49,710 nt of DNA, taken from Bosea sp. (in: a-proteobacteria). GTDB taxonomy: Bacteria; Pseudomonadota; Alphaproteobacteria; Rhizobiales; Beijerinckiaceae. Made by a program: the position numbers and the translations under genes. Numbering within the stretch: the first letter of the stretch is position 1; every line of letters starts with the position of its first letter. This document shows positions 18,713-27,185 of the stretch, piece by piece. The notes below the pieces were generated by a model. That model did no database searches. It was not told the DNA's origin and worked only from the letters and a program-made list of their open reading frames with translations. The stretch spans positions 1-49,710 of the forward strand of contig JANMHN010000294.1 of the NCBI GenBank assembly GCA_031375185.1, written 5' to 3'.

Positions 18713-19435
18713 TCAGGCCACAATGCCCAGCTCGAACAGCAATTCGCCGACAAGGTAACGGTACTCGCGGCGTGCTTCCTCCATGGCCTGACGCATGCGG
18801 ATCGCACCAAGTGCAGCCACGACCAGCGGAACATCTCCACCTGCGCTCTCGATGTTCACAACCGCATTATCGGCCGGATCATGACTTTCCAGCCATGCGG
18901 ACATGGCAGAAACATCGTCGAACACCTGCGCGCGGAACGCATCCTTCTGTTCAGCGGCCTTGAGGAACAGCTTGACCTCTGCAACAAAACCACCCGCATC
19001 CTTGCGATAGATGTTGATCTCGTACCACATCGTGGTGCCGGGGCAGTGACTGTTGGCTTCGGCAATCAGAACGCCGTCGAAAGCCAGAGGCCGCATGCCG
19101 CTGCGCTTCAGCAGTTTATGGCGCGGACCGAAGGCCTTGTTCAGTTCATCGCGCATGGCCTGAACCGGCGCGCCGGCATGGGCAGCACCGGCATGGGCAG
19201 GCCTTGCATTGGCAGGCTTGGCGCGTTGCAGATCCCCGGAGGCTGCATGTGGCATCGCGGCATTGGCGATCTTGTCCATGATGGCAGTATCCACACGTTG
19301 TGATGAACGGGCCTTACGCTTGCCGCCAGCTTTGATTTTCTCGTCAGCATTGAGTTTGTCGGCCGTGATCTTGATGGCGGTGTCGATATCACGGCTTGCG
19401 CGGACGAGAGAGCGCTTCAAATCTGCTTTTGTCAT
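18713..19435 (-). CDS. Hypothetical protein, paralog 3 of a pyp-associated family, with basic N-terminal extension
   Basis: LKRSGMRPLAFDG...WYEINIYR...HDP...MEEARREY; start uncertain (19435-19456). Confidence 0.8.
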   Translation of the reverse strand: MTKADLKRSLVRASRDIDTAIKITADKLNADEKIKAGGKRKARSSQRVDTAIMDKIANAAMPHAASGDLQRAKPANARPAHAGAAHAGAPVQAMRDELNKAFGPRHKLLKRSGMRPLAFDGVLIAEANSHCPGTTMWYEINIYRKDAGGFVAEVKLFLKAAEQKDAFRAQVFDDVSAMSAWLESHDPADNAVVNIESAGGDVPLVVAALGAIRMRQAMEEARREYRYLVGELLFELGIVA

Positions 19436-19533
19436 CGTGACGATCCATGCACACACGGGGATTGGGTGTTTCTCTTGACGTAAACTAGCGGAAAACCACT
19501 ACGCGGACGTTAAAGCTCAAATGAGTCGCCGGA

Positions 19534-19552
19534 TTAACCATTTGCTAACCAT
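19534..19552 (+). promoter_or_regulatory. CtrA-type box in the divergent promoter of tal and paralog 3 (1 mismatch)
   Basis: TTAA-CCATTTG-CTAA-CCAT; GANTC site at 19523. Confidence 0.62.
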
Positions 19553-19583
19553 AAGTGCGCAGATGTCGATAACGGAGCACGTC

Positions 19584-21191
19584 ATGATTCAGGCCGCCGT
19601 CTCACCCGTGGACCGCACAACTCGACCCGGCAACGCACGCACGTGCATTGTGGTTGAGCGCACACTCGGGCTTCCCGATTTCGCCGATATTTGTGAGGGA
19701 CGCGCCGAGTTCGTGCTTGATCCGGCAGCCCTTCCGCGCCTCGAACAGGCCCGCGCGCGGCTCAAGACCTGCATTGATCACAACGCCGTTGTCTATGGCA
19801 TCACGACAGGGTTCGGACCGCTGGCCAATCGCGAGATCAGTGCAGCTTCTGTTGTGACCCTCCAGCGAAACCTGATCTATCACCTCGCGACCGGCGTCGG
19901 CGATCCGCACCCGTGGGCAGAGGCGCGCGGCATCATCCTGGCAAGGCTGATGTCAAACCTTCAGGGCTGGTCAGGCGCTTCACAGGCCATGATCAACACG
20001 ATGATTGCCGTGTTGAACTCTGATCTCGCGCCGATCATTCCCGAAAAAGGCACGGTCGGTGCCAGCGGCGATCTGACGCCCTGTGCCCATATGGCCCTGG
20101 CCCTGATGGGAGAAGGCGAGTTCATGACCTCATCTGGCCAGGTTCTTGCTGCCCCGATGGCGCTGGCTAAGCTCGGGCTTTCACCGCACCGTCTTGATGA
20201 CCGCGACGGACTTGCGCTTGTCAATGGCACCTCCGCCATGACTGCCGTTGCGGCACTGACATCCCACCATACGGCCCGCGCTCTCGACTGGGCCTTTGCC
20301 CTGACCGGGTTGCATGCCGAGGTGATGCGCGGCCATGCCGAAGCCTGGTCGCCTGCCTTTGGCGAAGCACGCCCGCACAAGGGCCAGAAACAGGCGCTTG
20401 CGCGGCTGAATGGACGCATTGCGGGCAGTGGTTGGGTCGATGAAAGGCATGCCGCGAACCGGCGTGCCGACACATCCGGCCAGATCATCACGCAGGTGCT
20501 ACCCCTGCAGGATCCCTACACCATCCGCTGTGCCCCGCAGGTGCTTGGCGCGATCCTCGATGTGCTGGCTTTCCATGACCAGATCGTCGAGACCGAACTC
20601 AATGCTGCGACCGACAATCCGATCTTTACAGAGGATGCACCCCATGCGCTGCATGGCGGCAACTTCTATGGCCAGCATGTCGCCTTCGCCAGCGATGCCC
20701 TGGCACCTGCACTGGTGAAGCTCGCCATTCTGGCTGAACGGCAGATCGCACGGGTCACGGACGAGGCGCTGAACCACGGACTTGCCGCCTTCCTGCAGCC
20801 GCGCCAGACTGGTCTCCAGAGCGGGTTCATGGGCGCGCAGGTCACAGCATCAGCCTTGCTCGCAGAGCTGCGCACAGGCCTGATCCCGGCCTCTGTCCAG
20901 TCCGTGCCGACCAATGGCAACAATCAGGATGTGGTCAGCATGGGCACGATCGCCGCGCGCAAGACCCGCAATCTGTTTGCTGACCTCAATCGCATCCTTG
21001 CCATTCAGGCCCTTGTGCTGGCGCAAGGCGCCGAGCTGCGCGCGCTTCAGCTGGATACGCCTCTCTCGCTGGCAGGCATGGCCATGGTTGCGCAGGTCAG
21101 GGCCGTGTCGGATGCGGTTGTCGATGACCGGCCGTTGTCACGTGACATCGAGCGGATGGCAAAAGTGATCGCCAGCCAGCCCCCGGCATGA
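19584..21191 (+). CDS. tal: Tyrosine ammonia-lyase (p-coumaric acid synthesis for PYP)
   Basis: YGITTGFG, MIO-forming GTVGASGDL, NLIYHLATGVG with His at the tyrosine-selectivity position, QDPYTIRC, GGNF, NQDVVSMG; GGAG RBS before ATG 19584. Confidence 0.9.
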   Translation: MIQAAVSPVDRTTRPGNARTCIVVERTLGLPDFADICEGRAEFVLDPAALPRLEQARARLKTCIDHNAVVYGITTGFGPLANREISAASVVTLQRNLIYHLATGVGDPHPWAEARGIILARLMSNLQGWSGASQAMINTMIAVLNSDLAPIIPEKGTVGASGDLTPCAHMALALMGEGEFMTSSGQVLAAPMALAKLGLSPHRLDDRDGLALVNGTSAMTAVAALTSHHTARALDWAFALTGLHAEVMRGHAEAWSPAFGEARPHKGQKQALARLNGRIAGSGWVDERHAANRRADTSGQIITQVLPLQDPYTIRCAPQVLGAILDVLAFHDQIVETELNAATDNPIFTEDAPHALHGGNFYGQHVAFASDALAPALVKLAILAERQIARVTDEALNHGLAAFLQPRQTGLQSGFMGAQVTASALLAELRTGLIPASVQSVPTNGNNQDVVSMGTIAARKTRNLFADLNRILAIQALVLAQGAELRALQLDTPLSLAGMAMVAQVRAVSDAVVDDRPLSRDIERMAKVIASQPPA

Positions 21192-21215
21192 CACATCATG
21201 AGGCTGTCCTGATGA

Positions 21216-21271
21216 CGTTGTCTTGACTGCGGCGTCTTGGCCGCGTTGTCTTGGCTGCGTTGTCTTGGCTG
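21216..21271. repeat. 4 x 14-bp intergenic tandem repeat (consensus CGTTGTCTTGGCTG)
   Basis: cgttgtcttgactg-cggcgtcttggccg-cgttgtcttggctg-cgttgtcttggctg, no spacers. Confidence 0.88.
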
Positions 21272-21273
21272 CG

Positions 21274-21289
21274 TTAACACTGTCTTAAC
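21274..21289. promoter_or_regulatory. Perfect CtrA-type box upstream of the 93 aa ORF
   Basis: TTAA-CACTGTC-TTAAC. Confidence 0.75.
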
Positions 21290-21331
21290 CTTCTGCTTCC
21301 TCTCCAGTGTCAGACCCCGCATGGTCAGGGA

Positions 21332-21613
21332 ATGGATGAGCGCAACGTCTTTGACGAGGACACCGTAGCCGCGGCAGAAGCTGCAGGACTGGCCGCTGCG
21401 CAGTATTGCCGGATCGATCCTGCCTTCTACATCGAACGCAGCGCCATGGCCGGTGTGCAATTTGTGCTGACCGACCATCATGGTTTCGGCACCTGCTTCC
21501 TGGACGCAGACATGGTGGAGGCCAGCTTTCTGGGGGCCTGGATGCAGGCATCCACAGGCGCCGTGCAGGATGTCGAGGCATTGCTGATCAAACGCGGCCT
21601 GATCCGCATCTGA
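21332..21613 (+). CDS. Hypothetical protein (93 aa)
   Basis: ATG with AGGGA upstream, own CtrA-type box, fills the tal-gvpA gap. Confidence 0.6.
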   Translation: MDERNVFDEDTVAAAEAAGLAAAQYCRIDPAFYIERSAMAGVQFVLTDHHGFGTCFLDADMVEASFLGAWMQASTGAVQDVEALLIKRGLIRI

Positions 21614-21653
21614 TTGAACAGGCTTCATCGTCTGCAATCGAGATATTGCGGCT

Positions 21654-21668
21654 TTAGCATCACATTAA
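21654..21668. promoter_or_regulatory. CtrA-type box upstream of gvpA (1 mismatch)
   Basis: TTAG-CATCACA-TTAA; adjacent inverted repeat GCAAT-N6-ATTGC at 21634-21649. Confidence 0.55.
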
Positions 21669-21836
21669 GAATTTTGCGGCAAATACAAGGCACAGACACG
21701 CTTTCCTCCGGGCTCCGATTCTCAAGTCCCTGGCGACCCCCGTTTTTGTCCTGGCGGGAAACTGTCTTGTCGGCTGCAACATCCGTTGTTGGCCGATACC
21801 CCAGACTTGCCCGCACTCCAAAGAGGGACCAGGATC

Positions 21837-22052
21837 ATGGCCATCGAAAAATCCATCGCATCGTCCAGCATTGCCGAAGTTGTTGACCGCGTCCTCGACA
21901 AGGGCGTCGTGATCGACGCGTTCGTTCGTGTTGCACTCGTCGGCATTGAACTGCTCGCCGTCGAAGCCCGCATCGTCATCGCGTCGGTCGAGACCTGGCT
22001 GAAGTATGCCGAAGCTGTCGGCCTTGTGTCATCACAGCCACAGACTGCCTGA
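21837..22052 (+). CDS. gvpA: Major gas vesicle structural protein GvpA
   Basis: 71 aa MAIEK...[19 protein letters not shown]...[28 protein letters not shown]; AGAGGGA RBS. Confidence 0.97.
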   Translation: MAIEKSIASSSIAEVVDRVLDKGVVIDAFVRVALVGIELLAVEARIVIASVETWLKYAEAVGLVSSQPQTA

Positions 22053-22080
22053 TCACAACGATCACACGATGCCGAGTTTG

Positions 22081-22110
22081 CGCGGGCCGGTTCATCCGGT
22101 CCGCGTCTTG
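22081..22110 (+). terminator. Stem-loop after gvpA (partial terminator or mRNA stabiliser)
   Basis: CGCGGGCCGG-ttcat-CCGGTCCGCG 10-bp stem (one G-U pair), weak U tract. Confidence 0.6.
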
Positions 22111-22135
22111 ATTCAAGATCACCCCGGAGGCAGTC

Positions 22136-23248
22136 ATGAACCGTGATCACGAAAGCTATCGTTCCCGTGTTCAGGACATCCGCTCCGAGGCAAGATCTCT
22201 GATCGAACGGCTGCGGTCCGAGCGCCTGGCGAAAAGCCGGTTTGCACCAAAAGCCGAAGCGCCTGCCAGCTTGCCGGTGCCCACCAAAGCCGAGATCGAA
22301 GCCTGGACAGGCGGCTCATCAGCCTCTCTTGTATCGGTGCCCGAAGTGTTGTCGGCAGCGGCGGTTCCAGCGGTTGCGGTTCAACGTCCTGCACTGGCTC
22401 TTAAGGCGAAAGCCTCTCGATCCGGAATAGCCACTGACAAGGCAGCCGTTTCAATGATGTCGGCACGCAAGATTGCCGCTCATTCCATGCCGCCATCTGC
22501 CATGCCGCCATCTGCCGCCCCGGCAGTTGCCCCTCCAACACCTCTGGCAGAGCCTGCGCCGGACAGCATCAAGATCAAGGCGCCCGCCAAGGCGAAGCCC
22601 GCCAGAGCCGGTCAGGCCAAGGCCCTGACAGAACGCAAGGCGGTATCCGTAGGGGTTCAAGTTTCAGCAGATCCAGCTTCAGCGTTACAATCATCTTCTG
22701 CAACCTCCGCTCCCGTCGAAATGCCGGTCGTGACCCTGCCGGTTACTGCCAAGGCAAAAACCAAAAAAACTGCCAAGAGCGCTGTTGCTGCTGAAAAGCC
22801 GCCAGCCGTGATGGCATCAATGCCGCCAGTCCCGCCAGGCAAGGCCGCTGCACCCGGCAGAGGCGGGCACAAGAAACCCGGTCTGGTTGCAGCCGTGCCG
22901 CACGCGAACAAGCCAGAGACCACGACCGCTGAACCGATGCCTCCGAAGCCGGTTCCAAGTGTCCCGCACATGACGGACAAGCCTGCCAGGGCAGCTGTCA
23001 AGACATCCTCCAAACGGGAGTCCGTACATCCTGAAAAACCGGGCCACAGCGCGGCAGCTCCATCTGTCTCGCTGCTGCCCGGCATCGGGCCGGGTCTTGT
23101 CTGGCGACTTGAGCAGTCAGGCTACAGGACGCTCGAAGATGTGGCGAATGCGCGGACGGAAGACCTCGCCGCCAAACTGGGTGCCGTCGGCAAATTGGTC
23201 AAGCTTGATCGCTGGATCGATTTTGCGAAACAGGCCATCGCGGCCTGA
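22136..23248 (+). CDS. Protein with N-terminal amphipathic helix, Ala/Pro/Lys-rich linker and C-terminal helix-hairpin-helix domain
   Basis: GGAGG RBS; C-terminal LPGIGPGLVWRLEQSGYRTLEDVA HhH pattern; low-complexity middle. Confidence 0.75.
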   Translation: MNRDHESYRSRVQDIRSEARSLIERLRSERLAKSRFAPKAEAPASLPVPTKAEIEAWTGGSSASLVSVPEVLSAAAVPAVAVQRPALALKAKASRSGIATDKAAVSMMSARKIAAHSMPPSAMPPSAAPAVAPPTPLAEPAPDSIKIKAPAKAKPARAGQAKALTERKAVSVGVQVSADPASALQSSSATSAPVEMPVVTLPVTAKAKTKKTAKSAVAAEKPPAVMASMPPVPPGKAAAPGRGGHKKPGLVAAVPHANKPETTTAEPMPPKPVPSVPHMTDKPARAAVKTSSKRESVHPEKPGHSAAAPSVSLLPGIGPGLVWRLEQSGYRTLEDVANARTEDLAAKLGAVGKLVKLDRWIDFAKQAIAA

Positions 23249-23355
23249 ACGCCAGCTGCCATCTCTCTATCTCTGTCAGGACCATGAGGCAGCGTCAGCT
23301 GTGTTTTGTGTCCGGCCTGCAAGTGAGACACAGGTTTGCAAAAGCATGGCTTGGA

Positions 23356-24429
23356 TCATGCGGCTTTGAGATCGCGCACCAGTCCGGCAATGGCTCTCTC
23401 CACATCATCAGCCTTGCCGGAAAGCCCCATTGCCAGCACGTTGAGATCCTGAGATTTTTCGGACGTGTCAAGCGACTGGCCCGTGATGTTCTTCAGCAGG
23501 TCGGACACCGCTTTTGTGTCGGCTGCCGTTTCCTCGATGTTGAAATTGATCGATGAGGTCATGACTGACTGCTGTTCGGTCGCTGCCGCAATCATGGAGG
23601 AGGTATGCTTGATGGAGTTGATTTCGTTCGTGACACTGACGACGAGACCCACCACATCGGCAAGGGCTTTCTGGATGGCCTGAATTTGCCCTGCGATCTC
23701 GTGGGTCGCTGACGACGTCTGGTTGGCCAGAGCCTTCACTTCGTTGGCCACGACGGCAAATCCGCGGCCGGCAGCACCTGCGCGCGCCGCTTCGATGGTG
23801 GCGTTGAGGGCCAGAAGGTTTGTCTTGCGGGCAATGCCGTCAATCAGACCGCCAATGTCGCCGATCTTCGCGACCGCGTGTTCAAGAACACCAATCCCCG
23901 CCTCGACCTTTCCGGTGGTGAGCCGCAACTGGTCCGCAACAAGGGCTGCAGACAAGGATTGCTCGGCGATCTCCTGGGTGCTCATCGCCAGCTCGGCGAT
24001 CGACGATGCGACCATCCCGACATTGGTCGTCAAGCCGTCAAGCCGCTCGGATGTGGCAACCATATGAATCTGCGTGTCCTGCGCGTTGGCTGTCACCACA
24101 TCGACCGTCGCCAGCATGTCCTGGCATGCGATGTTCATGTCGATCACGATTGTATCGACGTGAAGCCCGATCTGCATGGCCACCGAGTTGAAAATCTGTG
24201 ACCGCTGCTCTGAAAGCGCCTGCTCCAGATGCGTGGTGGCAACAGTGCCTTCGCCCAATCCAGGCTCACTCGTCGCAGTCCGAACAGTATCAGCATCCGC
24301 AGGATGCGCTGGAACATCTTCAAGCGCCGCAGCATCGATTGCGGCAGACACCTTGGACAATGACCCGGCCGGACGTTTTGAGGCGTCCGCCTCTGGCCTC
24401 AACCAGGCCCGCTTTATCCAGGAAATCAT
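23356..24429 (-). CDS. Soluble methyl-accepting chemotaxis protein
   Basis: [37 protein letters not shown] signalling hairpin; no transmembrane segment; start uncertain (24429-24474). Confidence 0.9.
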   Translation of the reverse strand: MISWIKRAWLRPEADASKRPAGSLSKVSAAIDAAALEDVPAHPADADTVRTATSEPGLGEGTVATTHLEQALSEQRSQIFNSVAMQIGLHVDTIVIDMNIACQDMLATVDVVTANAQDTQIHMVATSERLDGLTTNVGMVASSIAELAMSTQEIAEQSLSAALVADQLRLTTGKVEAGIGVLEHAVAKIGDIGGLIDGIARKTNLLALNATIEAARAGAAGRGFAVVANEVKALANQTSSATHEIAGQIQAIQKALADVVGLVVSVTNEINSIKHTSSMIAAATEQQSVMTSSINFNIEETAADTKAVSDLLKNITGQSLDTSEKSQDLNVLAMGLSGKADDVERAIAGLVRDLKAA

Positions 24430-24519
24430 GGTTTCACCAATAAACAGGAGACCGGTTTGCTCATGAACATTCATGTGAATGTCCAGATGTGCACCTCTCC
24501 TACCTTGGGATACGAAACA

Positions 24520-24527
24520 ATGGTTAA
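24520..24527 (-). promoter_or_regulatory. CtrA half site upstream of the MCP gene
   Basis: ATGGTTAA on + strand, i.e. TTAACCAT on the coding strand. Confidence 0.45.
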
Positions 24528-24877
24528 TCCTGCGTTGCGACATTGATTGCGTCATGCACACAGAAGATGACCTCTGGTGATTTTGGCACCATTCATGCGC
24601 ATGATTATTGCTATGCTGTTCAAGATCGATGCACTTCGTGCGAATTACAGTTTCTATTGAAACTTTTTATTGCATTTCAACACTGCACCGCTCCAGTTCG
24701 GGCCCAAAGGGCACAAACCTTGCGCATGTATCGCGATCTGTCCGGATGATCTTGCCAGTCAAGCCAAGTCCTGATCCAGCAGCAAGACCGGCCGGCTGAG
24801 ATTCTGATAAGGCAGACCTCGATCCGGCCAGGAGCGGCTGCAGGCAGGCTGTTGACAGCCTGTTGACAAGGTGTGGA

Positions 24878-27049
24878 TCAACCGCCGAAGAGGCGCTCCA
24901 GAAAGCCTCGTTCTGTTGGTTCCGTCATCACGCGCTCGGTGTTGACCACGGGGGCGCGGGGAACCGGGCGCGCGATGGGTGCGGCACCGGCAACAGGAGT
25001 GCCGGGCTGCAAAGCTTCCGGTGAAGAGCGCCACAATCCGCCTGGCAGGGCGAGAGGCTGGCTTCCCTGAAGCGCGGCACGCATGAATTTGCCCCAGATT
25101 TCGGAGGGCAGGCCGCCGCCGGAGACGCGCTTCATGGGGCTGTTGTCGTCGTTGCCCAGCCAGACACTCGCGACAAGGCGGCTGGTGTAGCCCACGAACC
25201 ACGCGTCGCGGAAATCCTGCGTCGTGCCCGTCTTGCCAGCGGCTTCCCAGCCCGGCACATCAGCCTTGCGGCCCGTGCCTGTGAGCAGCGTCTCGCGCAT
25301 CATGCCGTTCATCATCGGCAGCGTGGCCTTGTCGACCACCGGACCGATGCCGGAGCCTTGCCGCTTGAAGATCACCTTGCCATTGGCGGTCTTGACCTCG
25401 CGGATCACGTAAGGCGTGACACCTTGCCCGCCATTGGCGAACGCGGCAAAGGCAGCGGTCAGTTCCAGCGGCGTGACCTCGGATGTTCCGAGCGCCAGCG
25501 ACGCATTGGCCTGCAGCGGCGAAGCAACACCAAGACGCTGTGCGACACGAACCACGGCCCGCGGCGAGACCTCCTGCGCGAGCTTGGCCGCCACCGTGTT
25601 GAGCGACAGCGACAAGGCCGTCTGCAATGACACGGGGCCACGGAAGTCACGCGAATAATTCTCAGGCGACCAGCCCTTGATGGTGACGGCACTGTCGTCA
25701 CGGATCGTGTCCGGCGTCAGGCCCGCTTCCAGCGCTGCAAGATAGACAAACGGCTTGAAGGATGAACCCGGCTGGCGGCGCGCGGCGGTGGCGCGGTTGA
25801 ACTGGCTGCGGGCATAGCTGCGCCCGCCGACAAGCGCCTGAATCGAACCATCCGGTGCCATGGCGACGATCGCGCCTTGGCTGACACCCTGCTATGCACC
25901 CTCTCGGTTCAGCGCGTCGACCAGCGCTGCTTCGGCAAGGGCCTGCATGCGCGGATCGATCGAGGTCAGCACGGTGATGTCGCCCTCGACCGTGCCGATG
26001 AAATCATCCAGCACGTCCATCACATAATCCGCAGCATAGGCGATGGTGTTCGCACCTTCGCGTTCGACAGCTTCGGCTGGCTGGACAAGCGCGGTCTTGG
26101 CCGAGGCATCGGTGATGAAGCCCTGCTCGACCATGGCCGCGATCACCATCTGGGCCCGGCGCTCGGCAGCTTCGGGATTGCGGTTGGGGGCAAGCCGGGA
26201 GGGGGCCTGCACAAGCCCGGCGAGCATCGCCGCCTCGGCCACCGTCACGGCGCGGGCGGACTTGCCGAAGTAGCGCTGGGATGCGGCCTCGACGCCATAA
26301 GCGCCAGAGCCGAAATAGACACGGTTGAGGTACAGTTCGAGGATTTGGTCCTTGCTGTAGGTCCGCTCAAGCCAGACCGAGAGAATGGCCTCCTGGATCT
26401 TGCGCGAGAAGGTCCGGTCCTGTGTCAGAAACAGGTTCTTGGCGAGTTGCTGGGTCAGGGTCGACCCGCCCTGGCTGACACCGCGCGTGGTGATGTTGCG
26501 CACCATGGCGCGCGTGATACCGATCGGATCGAGGCCGAAATGGCTGTAAAAACGACGGTCCTCGATCGCAACGAAGGCGCGCGGCAGATGAAGCGGCAAC
26601 TCCCTGATGTTGACACTGCGCCCGCCGGTCTCGCCGCGATTGGCGATCAGTACGCCGTCAGCCGCCAGAACAGCGATGTTGGGCGGGCGTTTCGGCACCG
26701 TGAGCTGGTCAATCGGCGGCAGTTGCGCAGCATGATAGGCGATGACACCGCCAAGACCCATCGCGCCCCACAGGCCGAGCACGACAGACCAATAAATCAT
26801 GCGGCCCATGAAGGAACGGCGCGGCTTGCGGCGCCTGCCTCGCGGAGCCGGAGCGTCAGGCTCACCACGGCGTGAGCCAGAGGCAGAGCCGCGATTTTTG
26901 CCTGCTTTTCCATCGCTCCTGCGGCCCGGAGCCGCGCGATCATCGGCATACAGGCGCATGTCGTCGCGCTGCTCGCCGCGCGTTGAGGCTCTGTCACCGA
27001 AGGTCGGTTCGCGCCGTGATCCGTCGCGGTCAGCCATGCGCTGGTTCAT
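24878..27049 (-). pseudogene. Class A penicillin-binding protein (PBP1A family) interrupted by one in-frame TAG at 25892-25894
   Basis: Transglycosylase motifs (EDRRFYSH, GGSTLTQQL, RKIQE) and transpeptidase motifs (SSFK, SLN, KTGT) lie in the same frame; junction reads N-R-E-G-A-stop-Q-G-V-S-Q-G-A-I-V-A-M. Confidence 0.8.
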
Positions 27050-27130
27050 CTCGCTGTTCGGGTGGGCCAACACCAGCCGACAACAAGCCGGCAGGCTCAC
27101 CCCTGTCAACGACAGTGAAACATGGCGCTT

Positions 27131-27146
27131 TTAAGGGGGGGTTAAC
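27131..27146. promoter_or_regulatory. Perfect CtrA-type box upstream of the PBP1A gene
   Basis: TTAA-GGGGGGG-TTAAC. Confidence 0.7.
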
Positions 27147-27185
27147 CCGCTAGCCGCTCCCGCGAATTCACATGAGCCGAACGCA

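Noticed and set aside
18671-19303. 210 aa plus-strand ORF overlapping the pcl stop
   Set aside because: The opposite-strand ORF has clear paralogy to the 16905 ORF, so it is the real gene
19584-21191. Histidine ammonia-lyase (hutH) call
   Set aside because: No hut genes nearby; His at the selectivity position and the pyp/pcl context indicate TAL
21216-21271. Possible CRISPR array
   Set aside because: Units are 14 bp, contiguous, without spacers, and no cas genes are present
25892-25894. Pyrrolysine or genome-wide TAG recoding
   Set aside because: TAG serves as a normal stop elsewhere in the window (gvpG, the 15382 ORF, manX, DUF4105); no pyl genes seen
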